Origin: Octopus vulgaris
Taxonomy: Eukaryota
Length of the DNA: 64,000 bases
Assembly: GCA_951406725.2 (NCBI GenBank)
Contig: OX597821.1
Location: 40,548,001-40,612,000 of the forward strand
Reading direction: 5' to 3'
This document shows positions 1-13,182 of this stretch, in pieces (positions within the stretch are counted from its first letter, which is position 1; the number at the start of each line of letters is the position of its first letter). The position numbers and the translations under genes were made by a program. The notes below the pieces were generated by a model. That model saw only the letters and a program-made list of their open reading frames with translations. It was not told where the DNA came from and did not search any database.

Positions 1-599
1 ATGATGATAGTCCAGTGACAAGGAAGTGAAAACTTTTTGACTCACCCTTGTATCATCATCATCATCATCATCATCATCATTTAACATCCATTTTCCACAC
101 AGGCATGAGGTGGATAGTTTGGCAGGAATGAGTGAAACAGAAGACGGTGCCAAGCTACATCTGCTTTGGCATGGTTTCTACCACTAGATGCCCTTCTTAA
201 TGCCACTACATGCATGCACACACATATACATACATAGATACATAGATACACATGTGCACACAGACACACAAACACACACACACAGGCATATGTGTGTATG
301 TATGTGCGTGTGTGAGCATGTGTGTACTGGCTGTAAACAAACAACAGACTCACAGTCAATACAATCAGGGTTGTATGTGTCCATTTCACTGAGCAACCAT
401 ATCCAAGCTGTTCATTACTCAGTGGACCATGGCACTATTATATGATGCCTGGAATTGGCAACAGGAAGGCCATACAATATCAACCTCAATGAATTGCATC
501 GGATTTATGCAAGCGTGGAGAAGTGGACATTAAAATGAGGATGATGATGATGTCTGTGCAATCATGCATGTGTGCATGTGTGTAATTACAAGTGTAAAC

Positions 600-1663
600 C
601 ACAACTCAACTTGAGACTGCTGAAGGTACACACTGTAGAATCCCACCCAGAATGTTGTAGTTGTGATGTAAACTTCCTAAGCACAGAGCCGTGACCTCCT
701 GAAGACTTGAAGGCTGGCATATATTTGGGGATAAATGCATAGAAGTTCTGGAGCTGATGTCTTTCTGAAATTCCTATTAGTGCAATGAAGTAAAATTGGT
801 GTCAACCAGGACTAAAAATAATTCTTGGAGTTAATGCAAAAACACTTTCCTTTGTTCTACAATGTTTGAATAGATAAATGATATGAAAAAATGGTGCTAG
901 GATTATGAATAACAAAATATTCATGAATATTGATGAAAATGTTTCTATGATCTTAAATAAGCAAATGGGTTGTGTAGGTTAAAACTAGCCTTGCATCTCA
1001 TTATGTGTCTTTAGACTAGATATGCTAACTTGGTTTAACTTTACCCAGTTGAGTTGGGAGCAGAAGTCAAGGGGACTGAGAATAAATGTCTTGCAAAGAA
1101 CAAACAAGACTTGATTTTTTGATTTTGATTTTTTTTTTTTTTTTTTTTTTTTTTTAGTTTCAGCTCATGAGCTGTGGCCACTTCTTGTGTTCTTTTTTTT
1201 ATTTTTTTGAACATTTGTAGAATCCATCTCCCCATTCTTCTGCATGATTTTCTTATTTTAGTGACATGGGTAATGGAAGATGCATTATTGCTCATTACAA
1301 TTTCTCAGGTCCCACGTATTATCTGATAATGGTATTATTGTTCCATCTGTCCCAGTTGTGTTCTTGTTGATAGAACTCTTGAAATTTACTTTGGTCGGAC
1401 TTTATGTTGCTTTCTTCAACCCATTATGTTTCTTCTGTAGGCTTTCAGTATACTTGGGGGTCATTCCTTGCTTCCAATATCCTTATATCAGTGTCATGGT
1501 TCATTAGAATGGCTGTGCTTGCAATCAAGGGTTAATTTGATAATTCTCTTATAGACAGTAATGACCCCAAGACATCTGTTGTTGACCCCTGCTCTGAGTA
1601 GTTGAATCTACACAGAGTGCTGTTGGCTGAAATAAGATGATTTCTATCTTTCAAGACATCATA

Positions 1664-1703
<40 letters not shown>

Positions 1704-1890
1704 GTTTTTGCCCACCACAATGTGGTCACAAAGTCTTTGGTATATTATTCTACAATCAACTTTGTCAAAAATCTTAGCAAAGTCTTCATGCAACATTTCA
1801 TTCATTGACAAAACATCCCAGGGCTGAGTCATATTGGCACATAAGTGTGAGGCAGTTTTTGCCTGAGTGCAAACCATGTTTGATAAATAT
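600..1890 (-). mobile_element. Decayed CR1/L2-like LINE, reverse-transcriptase region
   Basis: Minus-strand pieces KHGLHSGKNCLT, EDFAKIFDKVDCRIIYQRL, DVLKDRNH..DVLGSLL and MSNNASSITHVTKIRKSCRRMGRWILQMFK follow the order of CR1-type RT motifs (QHGF..GKSCLT, DFAKAFDKVDH, QGTVLGPLLF, GWILRTF). Broken by frameshifts and (CT)n/polyT tracts. Confidence 0.8.
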
Positions 1891-1951
1891 GCACATGCAC
1901 ACATAAATATACACACACATATACATACATGCATGCAAACAAGCATGCATG

Positions 1952-2843
1952 CAGGTTGCTTGGGCTAAATTTGACAGTTTGCATAAAAAAAGAAAGCACA
2001 AATTTCATCCAAAAATAAAAAGTATTTCAAAAGATGAAAAAATATCAACCTGGATATGGCAAGGAGATAGCAGATTACTGCAAGTAGCTCCACCTCTCAG
2101 CTTCTACCCCAGTCTCAAGACACCTCTGGAAGCTGGTGCATGTGTTCCTCATTGAGTCTCTGCAAAGATCTTCCAACACTTCCTTGATCTTAGCCACCAG
2201 CTCGGCCTTGGTATTGCAGGTAGAGCGGATGGTGTCTTTCTTAACTGCGCCCTACATAAAGTAATTTGATGGGATTACTATCAGTGGGATTAAGAGACAA
2301 GAAATTGGGGCTAGTGAAGTCATAGAAATTCTCAACAACCACTTCTGACACTTTCCGGAAGTATGGCAAGGGGCCAAATCATACAGCCACATACATATGG
2401 CCTACCTACCAACAGCAACCCTCTCCAGCCAAGGTTTCACCACAGTTTCCAGCAGTTTCACATAGCCATCTAAATTGAGTCTACAACCCAGTTCAAAGAT
2501 ATGGGGTAGAATATTCTCATCTTCAATGGAGATACACCCAAAGATCATCACGGTTTGGTGAAAATTGGTTTCCATGATGGCTGTGTCACCTTTAGAATGT
2601 TCACAGAGTATTGAGCAGTAGCCATGAAATAAGCATTTTGATATTAGATGAGACTCATGAGGATACAAATAACTCATTTCAAGCATTCAAAATGGCTTCT
2701 TGTCCTCAGTGTCAGCAAACTAGTTTCTTGACTGCAACTTTAATCGTTATTCTCTCCAATGCCATTGGTTATTCACCAATACATAAATTTGTTCCTGAAA
2801 AATGAGACATAAAAACATCATCAAATGTAGTCCAAACACCCTG
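1952..2843 (-). mobile_element. Internally deleted Tc1/mariner-superfamily DNA transposon (maT/DD37D-like transposase remnant)
   Basis: Imperfect ~23-bp TIRs CAGGTTGCTTGGGCTAAATTTGA (1952-1974) and TCAAATGTAGTCCAAACACCCTG (2821-2843) followed by TA. Minus frame VMIFGCIS..LPHIFE..RLNLDGYVKLLETVVKPWLERVAVGRPYVWLYDLAPCHTS matches the Tc1/mariner catalytic region. Confidence 0.85.
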
Positions 2844-2844
2844 T

Positions 2845-3000
2845 ATACATACATACATACATATATACATACATACACACACACATGCATACATACATAC
2901 ATACATACATACATACATACATACATACATACATACACATACATACACACACATACACAAACACAACATATACATATAAACACATATACATATAAATACA
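2845..3000. repeat. (TACA)n/(CA)n microsatellite
   Basis: Directly visible tetranucleotide run abutting the transposon TIR. Confidence 0.95.
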
Positions 3001-3375
3001 CAAGGACACATATAATATATTATATACATATATGTATATATTTCGTTTTTTGTATTTGGTTTGCAAAATTCTCCATGTGTCTCCCCTGACACAATAATAC
3101 ATATATATATATATAAGAAAAGAAATGTAAGAGTCACAGAAAGTTTGTATAATAAAATTTATGGTGATATTAGGATCATATTACATCATTAAAAATTAAA
3201 TAAGTACTGGTTTCATGATCAACAATTGTCAGAGAAAACTTTTTTACTGTTAATTGGACGCCATCTCTGAAAAAAGTGAACAGAGATGAAGCAATTTGTC
3301 AAGGGGAGCAACTTTAATTTTTTCATGAAGTTCTTCAGTGTTTTTAGCAAGCTTACAGTTACAGGAGTCATTTCC

Positions 3376-3782
3376 TTTTACTCTTTACTCTTTTACTCAT
3401 TTACTTGTTTCAGTCATTTGACTGCGGCCATGCTGGAGCACCGCCTTTAATCGAGCAACTCGACCCCGGGACTTATTCTTTTGTAAGCCCAGTACTTATG
3501 CTATTGGTCTGTTTTGCCGAACCGCTAGGTAACAGGGACATAAACACACCAGCATCGGTTGTCAAGCAATGCTAGCGGGAAAAACACACACACGCATATA
3601 TGTATATACATATATACGACGGGCTTCTTTCAGTTTCCGTCTACCAAATCCACTCACAAGGCTTTGGTCGGCCTGAGGCTATAGTAGAAGACACTTGCCC
3701 AAGGTGCCACGCAGTGGGACTGAACCTGGAACCATGTGGCTGGTAAACAAGCTACTTACCACACAGCCACTCCTGTGCCTAT
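3376..3782 (-). mobile_element. tRNA-derived SINE family A (~400 bp), full length
   Basis: Head GGAGTGGCTGTGTGGTAAG..GGTTCAGTCCC (A/B-box-like), CCTTGGGCAAGTGTCTT core, internal (TA/GT) tract, (AAAGAGT)n tail. Near-identical to copies at 13183, 19712, 29300 and 52324. Confidence 0.9.
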
Positions 3783-3889
3783 ACAGTTAATTATATTTAC
3801 CATACTAGGTTTTAACGATTAAGCACTGTGTGAATGAGTGTATATGCATATATTTTATGCTTTAACAGCTCATTTTCTCTCTTGTAATA

Positions 3890-3935
<46 letters not shown>

Positions 3936-4532
3936 CACATACACACATATAAGTATGAACAGTCATTTATAGCTAAAAATTGTGGTTGGCATACATATAT
4001 AACTTTTTTGTATATGTTGAAATTCTATAATTGAATAAAATAAATCAGTCCAATAGGAAATGAATATGAACAACAAAGCAATTGCCAAGATATGAATACT
4101 TTCTCTATAAGAGTCATGTTGGACCTCTCATGATTCAGGTTTGAATATGAATGGGTGTCCAGGAGTCAAGTAATTAAGTGACAATTAGTAATACAATTAA
4201 AATGAATTGGTGTTTAGTTCAGGTTTGTATTTTATTGAGTTGGGCTTGTGTAGAAGTCCAGTCAGCAAATTTATATAGTGGGGAAAATAATGAATTTAGG
4301 TTGTATTTGTTTCGTACATACATTGATATCTTCACTGAGATAAATTTGGAAGTATTGTGGTGAGGCTATCTGTTGACAATGCACTGTACAATGTTGATGG
4401 CTAGAATTACCTGTGCTACCGATATAGTCTTTCTGGCAGCCCGAGCATCTGATTATGAAGATCAGATTTTCAGATGCACAAGTGAAATTTGATTTAATTG
4501 TAAAGTGTTGCCCTTTATATATATATATACAT

Positions 4533-5120
4533 GTAAAATTTAATTGCCAACATAATATGGCTGTCCTGAAACATCGTTTCTAGCTGGCTATATGACACAT
4601 TATCTGTGTCCTTATATTTTCGAACCAGGAATTCAGCATCCCTACCCAGCACAAAACAACATCTGTGGACTACTTTCAAAGTTATTGCTCTTCATCAACA
4701 CAGGGTAGCTGCTTAGCTAGGTGGCATCACTGAATTCACAGTTTGAATGTATAGCTTTCAAAGTGACACACAGCCACTGATCTAGAAATAGAAATAGTAT
4801 TATTTTTAAATCTCTCAGAGATTTCAACTGTGAATTCAGCAACACCACCTTGTCATGAAGCTACTCTGTGTTGATGAAGAGCAATAACCCTGAAACTAGT
4901 CCACAGATGTTGTTTTGTGCTGGGGTAGGGATGCTGAATTCCCAGTTTGAAAATATAAAGATACAGATAATGTGTCGTATAGCCAGCTAGAAATGACATT
5001 TCTTGGGACTAAAAAACTGTAACAACATCTCTTCCAGGACAGCCATATTATGTTGGAAATTAAATTTTACTTTAAAGAAATGTTACTATATGTCTCTGAG
5101 AGATTTAAGCATAATACTAT
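4533..5120. mobile_element. Fold-back element with a hammerhead-like motif in each arm (Penelope-type non-autonomous element)
   Basis: 4533-4747 is the diverged reverse complement of 4823-5070; 4794-4821 is the reverse complement of 5093-5120. HHR-like motifs at 4866-4906 (+) and 4663-4703 (-). Confidence 0.8.
4866..4906 (+). ncRNA. Minimal type-I hammerhead ribozyme-like motif (U3-G8 core variant)
   Basis: CTGTG TTGATGA AGAG caataa CCCT GAAA CTAG TC CACAG: stem I CTGTG/CACAG, stem II with one mismatch, palindromic stem III ACTAGT, GUC cleavage triplet. Confidence 0.7.
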
Positions 5121-5135
5121 ATATATATATGTGTG

Positions 5136-5169
<34 letters not shown>

Positions 5170-5224
5170 TATATAATAAAAACTTACTTCGAGAAATAAG
5201 AAAGTGACGCGAGGCGTTCAATCA

Positions 5225-6106
5225 TATAATAACAATTTAACAAATAAAACAAATGCATACATACATACATATACGTACATACCTACATCTATATGTATAT
5301 ATACATGCATATATATATATAAAAGTACAGGACACCACAAATAAACGTAGAACACAACGAGAAACGAAAACATAAAAACAAACAAGGAAACGGACTTTTT
5401 TTTAACAACGAAAAAACAGAGTATAAGACAAACAATACAAGGAATATTCCCCTTCATCAGCTGCCCCTGGTTCGACTCAATACATGTTTCGAAGGTAAGG
5501 GCAGAACACGATCCGGCCGAAGCAGTCCTTCCTGCAAAATGAATTAAATAAAATTCTTTTGCAGAGGGGTAAAAATAAATATTTTAAAAAGTGACAAGAA
5601 CAGGACGTAAAAGCAATACAAGTTTTTATTATAATAATTATGACGCGCACTCTCAACTCTTTACTTGACCTTTCCTTCCTGCCTGTCTGTCTTCCTCTCT
5701 ACCTGTCTCTCTCCTTCTTATATTTTACCCTTTCTGGTTTCTTTTCCTCTCTTTCTCTCACTCCTCCTCCTCTCTCTCTCTCTCACTCCTCCTCTCTCTG
5801 GCCACTGACTGGACTACTAAACTTCCTTTCTCTCGCTGCTTTCAACAAGTCAACATCGACTTTCTTCTTGTCTCCAGCATGTCGATCTTCTGAATTGCGT
5901 TCCAACGAATTTTTCCACCGTCTAGGCTAAAAAAGCCCTTAATATTTGTTTCCTTGTCCTGTTTTTATGTTTTCATTTCTCGTTGTGTTCTACATTTATT
6001 TGTGGTGTCCTATACTCTAATATATATATATATGCATGTATATATACATATAGATGTAGGTATATACATATATGTATGTATGCATATGTTTTATTTGTTA
6101 AATTGT

Positions 6107-6113
<7 letters not shown>
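5225..6113. repeat. Long inverted repeat (~165-bp arms) flanked by (TA)n
   Basis: 5225-5391 is the reverse complement of 5948-6113, also visible as near-identical ORFs 5218..5457(-) and 5954..6166(+). The interior has CAGCTGATGAAGGGG on the minus strand at ~5449-5463. Confidence 0.85.
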
Positions 6114-6161
<48 letters not shown>

Positions 6162-6659
6162 TGTAATTGTATTTGGACACAACTGTAGTACCAGTAACTT
6201 GCTGCGAAAGATAAGCAGGGAATCAAAGGATCAGACAGATATGTGGCAGTACATATAATCCCTGCATTCGTTACACAAATATATATATATGTGATGATGA
6301 TATGTATACATGTTCATATACACATATCGAAACATAATGATAGTAGAGAAACAAGACAAGTGAATAGATAATGCAAAAGAGATTACAGAAAAGGGGTCAT
6401 ACAGTAAAGAGGGGTTTAAATGAAATGAAAATAAGAATACAACAAAGTAAATTAAAGATGGATTGAGATGTGACATGAAGGAAAAATTTTGAGGTAAGTG
6501 AATAAATATGTACATTATGCTCCTGGCAAACTGTGAAGTAACTATGTAGATATTGCAATTTACTTTGATAAAATAAAATGCCGCTTCAACAATGTTCATA
6601 ATTGGTTTATTATGAGACAACATGCTGGTAAATTGAATACCAAGCAACAAAAACCCATA

Positions 6660-7250
6660 CAGCCAGCATGACAGGTTCATCCAACTTTGTCTTCATTAAT
6701 GACCCCATAGGTTTATACCTACAGTTTGAACTCTCCAAAGTCATGAGAGATTTGCATTAGGATCGTGCTCTCCTAACAACTTATAACTACTCTCTGGCTT
6801 CTTCAGAAAGACTAGAGAAACAACTTCACAGATTCTTCCAAAAAATTTAGCTTATCTATCTCGTTTGAAGAAGGTGATGAATCTGGCTTTAACCTAAGAT
6901 CTAAACTCTAACACTTTCTTCCCTTAGGCCAAATGAGAACTTAATTTATATATACAGATTATCAAATCATCCATACTCCATTATGAATATCTTAATTAGA
7001 ACTATCTCTAAAAGGATTTCTAAACTTTCTGCTAATAAGAAATTCAAAAATAATGCTGAAGGACTTGTACGAACGTGCAAGGTAAACAGGTCAATCACTT
7101 GATTACACATCAGTCACATAACACCAAGCTTAAACTAGTACCCCCAGGTCAACAATTATTGGAATTCTATGAATACAACAAATACGTTTTGCAGTAACAG
7201 AACAAATCCAAACACCAATCATTGAACAACTCACAACAAACTGCCTATAT
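6660..7250 (+). mobile_element. Decayed Penelope-like element, RT C-terminal region
   Basis: DPIGLYLQFELSKV..LH*DRALL (decayed YRDD), ERLEKQLHRFFQK and RPNENLIYIYRLSNHPYSIMNILIRTISKRISKLSANKKFKNNA match the PLE thumb signature Y[IV]xxxSNHP..I.KRIS.LS. Confidence 0.75.
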
Positions 7251-7536
7251 TTAAATGAGATTAGCCATTAATCCAGTCAAGTGGAGAATCTCTACCCATA
7301 GACACATTTTTGTTAAAAGCTTCAACATCCCTAGCAAAATGTATTTCCTCCCCGAAATCCAAGGACATTAGTTTCCATATTAACTGGTCAATTCTAGTTA
7401 CAGCAGAACCCTGCCACCACCTCAAAATTGCTGGCATTGTGCCAAGAATAGAAGAATAGAAAAAAATCAAATTCAATATTATTGACTTACCTCTTTCTCT
7501 GAAATTTCAGACATTGTGCCTATAGAAGAAAGAATT

Positions 7537-7671
7537 CTTCTTCTTCTTCTTTTTCTTCTTCTTCTTCTTCTTCTTCTCCTCCTTCTCCTTCTCCTCCTCC
7601 TCCTCCTCCTTTTCCCCCTCCCCCTACCCTCCCCCTCCTTCTTCTTCTTCTTATCATTATTATTATTATTA

Positions 7672-7731
<60 letters not shown>
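7537..7731. repeat. (CTT)n/(CCT)n/(TTA)n microsatellite
   Basis: Directly visible. Confidence 0.95.
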
Positions 7732-7733
<2 letters not shown>

Positions 7734-8414
7734 TAAGGTGACAGAATCATTAGCATGCCAGGCAAAAGTTTTAGTGGCATTTTGTGTCTTTACAACCTGA
7801 GTTCAAATTCCACTGAGGTCCAGTCTTGTGCCTCTAGTAAAAAGCATTATTATCATTATTATCATTACATTGGAAAGCTGGAAGAATCGTTAGCATGCTG
7901 GGCAAAATAGCACCAAGCATTCTGGCCATTTTGTTCGTCTTCATATTCTGAGCTGAAATTCTGTTGCCACTGACTTTGTCTTGCACCCTTTCAGGATCAA
8001 TGAAATAAATACCAGTTGAAAACTGGGGGCTAATGTAATTAACTTAACCTTTACCCCCAAGACTGCCAACCAAAATTTTAAACCATTATTATTATTAGGA
8101 AATTACTATTTGTAAATCTCACAATGAGAAATATTCAGCAACAGTACTTTGGAGTAAAGATTGCTTGCCAACATAACATGGCAGACCTTGTTTGGGACGA
8201 ATGTTGCTGTAATTTAACCCTAGGAGACATCGTCTCCAGCTGGCTATACAACATGATCTGCGTCCTTATATTTTCACACAAGTGAATCTAGCACCCCTAC
8301 TCAGCTCAAAACAATATCTGTGTATCACAATTTCTGGGTTTTATAATTATTCCAGTTTTATTATTATTATTATCATTATTATTTCTTTTTATCTCAAGTT
8401 TTGTTGGAACTCCT

Positions 8415-8466
8415 ACAGTGTTGCATTATTATTATTATTTTATCATTATTATTATTGTTGATATTG

Positions 8467-8497
<31 letters not shown>

Positions 8498-9055
8498 CAT
8501 TATCATCATTATTATTATCATTATTATTGTTATTTATTTATTTTTAATCTGCATGTTTGCTACATGCACTTGCTACAATCACTTGCTGAGACACACCCAG
8601 CACCCTAGGGTGAATGAAGGATTATCATTATTATTATTATTATTGTTATTATTATTATTGTTATTATATTTGAGTAAAATCTTCCTAAATTTGATATTTC
8701 CTTATTAAAATATTTTCCATAAAAATAAAAGCAATAACTTTAGAGAAGCCAGAAAGTCTGTTAAGAACTGAATTAAAGAAGGGCGAATTCTTTGATTGAT
8801 CCTTTCTGCAATCACACTTCAAGGCAGCATGAATTGATGGTAAAAACATAGATATACGAAAACATAACTGACAATATTTGTTTATATTTGGCACAAGACA
8901 GAAACAGATTGGACACAAGGAAGAAGAAAAAAAATAAAATGAAAAACCAACAAAATAAAACAAAAAAAAAAGACAGAGAATTTCAATAGATGCTTATTTT
9001 GTTAGTATTAACAAGACACTTGCAAGAAAGAAATTAATTATTATTATTATCATCG

Positions 9056-9086
<31 letters not shown>

Positions 9087-9114
9087 TTTTATCTTCTTCT
9101 TCATCATCATCATC

Positions 9115-9181
<67 letters not shown>

Positions 9182-9265
9182 TATCATCATCATCATCATT
9201 ATCATTGACATCAACAGTGTTGCATTATTATTATTATTTTATCATTATTATTATTGTTGATATTG

Positions 9266-9305
<40 letters not shown>

Positions 9306-9366
9306 CATTATCATCATTATTATTATCATTATTATTGTTATTTATTTATTTTTAATCTTCATCTTC

Positions 9367-9397
<31 letters not shown>

Positions 9398-9528
9398 CCC
9401 AGCACCCTAGGGTGAATGAAGGATTATCATTATTATTATTATTATTATTATTATTGTTATTATTATTATTGTTATTATATTTGAGTAAAATCTTCCTAAA
9501 TTTGATATTTCCTTATTAAAATATTTTC
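8415..9528. repeat. ~300-bp direct duplication (8415-8717 and 9214-9528) within (TTA)/(CAT) tracts
   Basis: Identical unique anchors ACAGTGTTGCATT, ACCCAGCACCCTAGGGTGAATGAAGG and TTGAGTAAAATCTTCCTAAATTTGATATTTCC in both copies. Confidence 0.9.
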
Positions 9529-9559
9529 ATCATCATCATCATTATTATTATTATTATTA

Positions 9560-9609
<50 letters not shown>

Positions 9610-10857
9610 TTCTTACATCATACATATGCAACAGACCATAAGCAAAATGTCAGTCATGATAGATGAGACACTAAAGAAAGTAAAAATAATGTTTTGTTTT
9701 GTTGACAAACAATTTTTTTTTCCTTAAAGAGTAATACTAAATATACTTGTGTGTTGTGAAGCATGGAGAAGAAATTCAACAACTTAACTTGCACATTTCA
9801 ATGATTTTCCTAATAAAGATTCTTCCATTTCTCTCTAGTTGTTGTTGTTGTACTGTCTTTCTTTCTTTCTTTCTTTCTTCTTTTTCGCCGTTTTCCTTGA
9901 TTTTTGCCTATTTTCAAAATTTTAGTTTACATAGATTTTATTTTATTTTTTGTCTCTGATATTTTTATTTGTTGATTTGTTTACTCTCGTCATCATCTTC
10001 TTCTTCTTCTTCTTCTTCTTCTTCTTCTTCTTCTTCTTCTTCTTCTTCTTCTTCTCTTTCTTCTTCTTCTTCTCCTTATTCTTTTTCTCTTTCTTCTTCT
10101 TCTGTGGAATAGCTTTCAAGTGACTGTTAATTTTGCTGATAGAATAAATAAATGCACATGTCAGAATGTAAGCAGCAACACATCACAGTGACTTCTTTCA
10201 AATATATTAAGTAAACATTACTATTGTATTTATGAAATGGGTTAGCTTATTGCAAGTCTAAAATGCACTGAAGTCTCCTTCTAAAAGACAACATGGAATA
10301 TTCCAAAATTTGCTTTTGTATGCATTACATATCCTCTTCATCTTCGTCACCCTCATCCTCCTATTCCTTTACCTTCCCTTCCTCCTCCCCCTCTTCCTCC
10401 TCTCCTTCTCCTCCTCCTCCTCCTACTTATTATTTTCATCATAGTCATCAACACTAAGCCATCATGCTTTCCCTCAAGAGCTCTCTTTTCGTAATCACTT
10501 ACATCCTACCATCAGAGCAAGACTTCTTAAGTAGATGAAATCATAGCCATAGAATTAAAAATTTTGCTTCACAACTATACAGTTCTGAGTTCGATTTCAC
10601 TGCTCGGCCCTTTTGTAAAAATATCTCAAAGATGTGTCTTCCTATTAATATTTTGTAAGTAAAATCTGGTTATTGGAAAACGAATAAAAAAATCACTTCC
10701 CTCTACTATTTGATTGTCGCTCTGAAGAATTTCTAATAGATGTCTTATATGTTTCCACTACATGTTTAATTTTGTAACTCCTGTTAGCAAATGGAACATG
10801 TGTAATGATGAATAAATAATACACAAATCCTTTTTCTCCAATTTCCTGGTTTGATAT

Positions 10858-10899
<42 letters not shown>

Positions 10900-11022
10900 G
10901 ACAGGCTTCTTTCTGTTTCTGTCTACCAAGTCCACTCACAAGGTTTTGGTTAGCCTGAGGCTATAGTAAAAGACACTTGCCCAAGGCGCCACTCAGTGGA
11001 ACCAAATCTGGAACTATACATG

Positions 11023-11867
11023 TCATCATCATCGTTTAACGTCCATACTCTATGCTAGCATGGGTTGGACGGTTTGAATGGGGATCTGGGGAGCCAGAAG
11101 GCTGCACCAGGCTCCAGTCTGATCTGGCAGTGTTTCTACAGCTGGATTCCCTTCCGAACACCAACCACTCTGTGAGTGTAGTGGGTGCTTTTTACGTGCC
11201 ACCTGCACAGGTGCCAGGCGAGGCTGGCAACGGCCACGATCGGATTGGTGCATTTTACATGCCATGCGGCATTGGCATCAACCACGATTCGGATGGTGCT
11301 TTTTACGTGCCACCGGCACGGAAGCCAGTCGAGGTGACGCTGGCATCAGCCACGATTCGGATAGCGCTTTTTACATGCCACCGGCATGGAAGCCACTCTA
11401 GGCAGCGCTGGCATCGGCCACCTTCAGATGGTGCTGTTTATGTGCCACTGGCTCAGGGATCACAACTGCAGTTTCCATTAATTTTGATGTCGGTGTACTT
11501 GACTCAATGGATCTCCTCAAGCACAGGGTCGAAATGGTATTTCTTCACTTGCCACCTGCACAGGAGTCAGTCTAACGGTCCTGGCAACTGCTGGGTGCCA
11601 GTCATAGAATTGGTTCAATTTCGATTCCGATTTTGATGTCACTTGCCCCAACAGGTCTTCACAAGCAGAGTTTAGTGTCCAATGAAGGGGTGGTTGGCAT
11701 GGGTGCCTCTCGTCGGATGAGGTTCGATTTCGACTTCACTTGCCTCAACAGGTCTTTGTGTGTCCAAGGGAGGAAAGACATGCATAAGTGAGCTGGACTC
11801 ACTTGTCCTGCCTGGTCTTCTCACGACTCACTTGTCATGACTCACTTGTCCTGCCTGGTCTTCTCAC
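11023..11867 (-). mobile_element. Retroposon family C, long copy with (GAT)n tail and five internal ~60-bp repeats
   Basis: Conserved 3' block ..GTTGGTGTTCGGAAGGGAATCCAGCTGTAGAAAC..CCATGCTAGCA..GGACGTTAAACGATGATG, shared with copies at ~60, 14645, 16370, 31300, 32150, 34680, 37128, 45290, 46527, 48483, 52990, 60900 and 61810. Confidence 0.85.
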
Positions 11868-11916
<49 letters not shown>

Positions 11917-11944
11917 TGTATGTGTATAACTTTTTCTGTTTGCC

Positions 11945-12420
11945 TTTTTACTGGTTTCAGTCTCTTTTTTGTGGCCATGCTGTGGCACCACTTCCAAGAA
12001 TTTTTAGTTGAATGAATTGACCCCAGTACTTGTTTTTTTTAAAGCTTGTAACATATTCTGTCATTCTCTTTTACTGAACCACTAAGTTACATGAATGTAA
12101 TCACACTAACATCAGTTGTCAAGCAGAGTTGAGGGACAAACACAGACATGAAGGCACACACATGCATAAAAAATTTTATAAGTTTTCAAATCCACCATGC
12201 AAGCACAGTTTCAATATGAAAAATTTGTTATATAAATATAAATATATATATGCGACAAGTTTCTTTCAGTTTCCATCTACCAAATCCACTCACAAGGCTC
12301 TGGTCTGCCTAGCGTTATGGTAAAAGACACTTGCTCATGTTGCTATGCAGTAGAACTGAACCTGGAACCATGCAGGTAGGAAGCAAACGTTTTACCACAC
12401 AACCATGCCTCTGTCCCCAT
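11945..12420 (-). mobile_element. SINE family A, older diverged copy
   Basis: Same head, body and tail blocks as 3376-3782 with many substitutions and an internal insertion. Confidence 0.8.
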
Positions 12421-12474
12421 ATACATATATAATCTATCTCTAATTCTCTCTCTCATTCTTTCTCTCTCTCTCTT

Positions 12475-12510
<36 letters not shown>

Positions 12511-13182
12511 GCTCTCTCTCTCTCTCTCTGGGAGACTATTTATCGAAAATATGATGAATACTATCTCCAACTTTGGAGCTACATCTATCAGCCTTGTTAA
12601 ATAACTGGTTAAACTTCAGATGAATTAACTGAGGGAGCCGTTTATTCACGATCGTAGTGATTTTTGACTGAAACTTGAACTTAGCATGCAGAGAGCTACT
12701 ACAAACAACAAGGCAGGACACAACATGAACAACAACACAATCGAGGAACAGAACGAAAACAACAGGTAAGCAAATACTTTCTAGCTTTAGCTATAAAAGA
12801 AACTGTAACTACAAAACTCATTTCTCTTGGAGTTATGAATTGAATAATGATCTATTTAACCACAACACAAAAAAGTGAAACAAAATCCCACTGTTGGCTG
12901 TATGAATCAATTGAAATGAATATTGGGATGATCTACATCCAGAATTAAATCATTAAATATATATGAACATGTCTAGATATACTACTATATGCATGATAAT
13001 ACATACATAAAACATACAAATCTGCACATACGTATGTACCCTGTTGTTGATACTGAAATTCCAATGAAGAAGCCTTTATTCTAGGTTAGAAACTGGTTGT
13101 TTCTCTTTTTGGCAAGAAATCTTGAAATAAACTGAATAACGATACACATACATACATACATAAATACATATAATATACATAC

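Noticed and set aside
4050-4500. Very old LINE RT remnant (LYLFRTYID..CATDIVFLA)
   Set aside because: Motifs are too degraded to assign with confidence.
10715-10810. CTGAAGA...GGAACATGTG as a split hammerhead
   Set aside because: No convincing stem I or II pairing and no GAAA.
11183-11470. CRISPR-like repeat-spacer appearance
   Set aside because: The spacers are homologous to one another, the array lies within a dispersed eukaryotic retroposon, and no cas genes are present.
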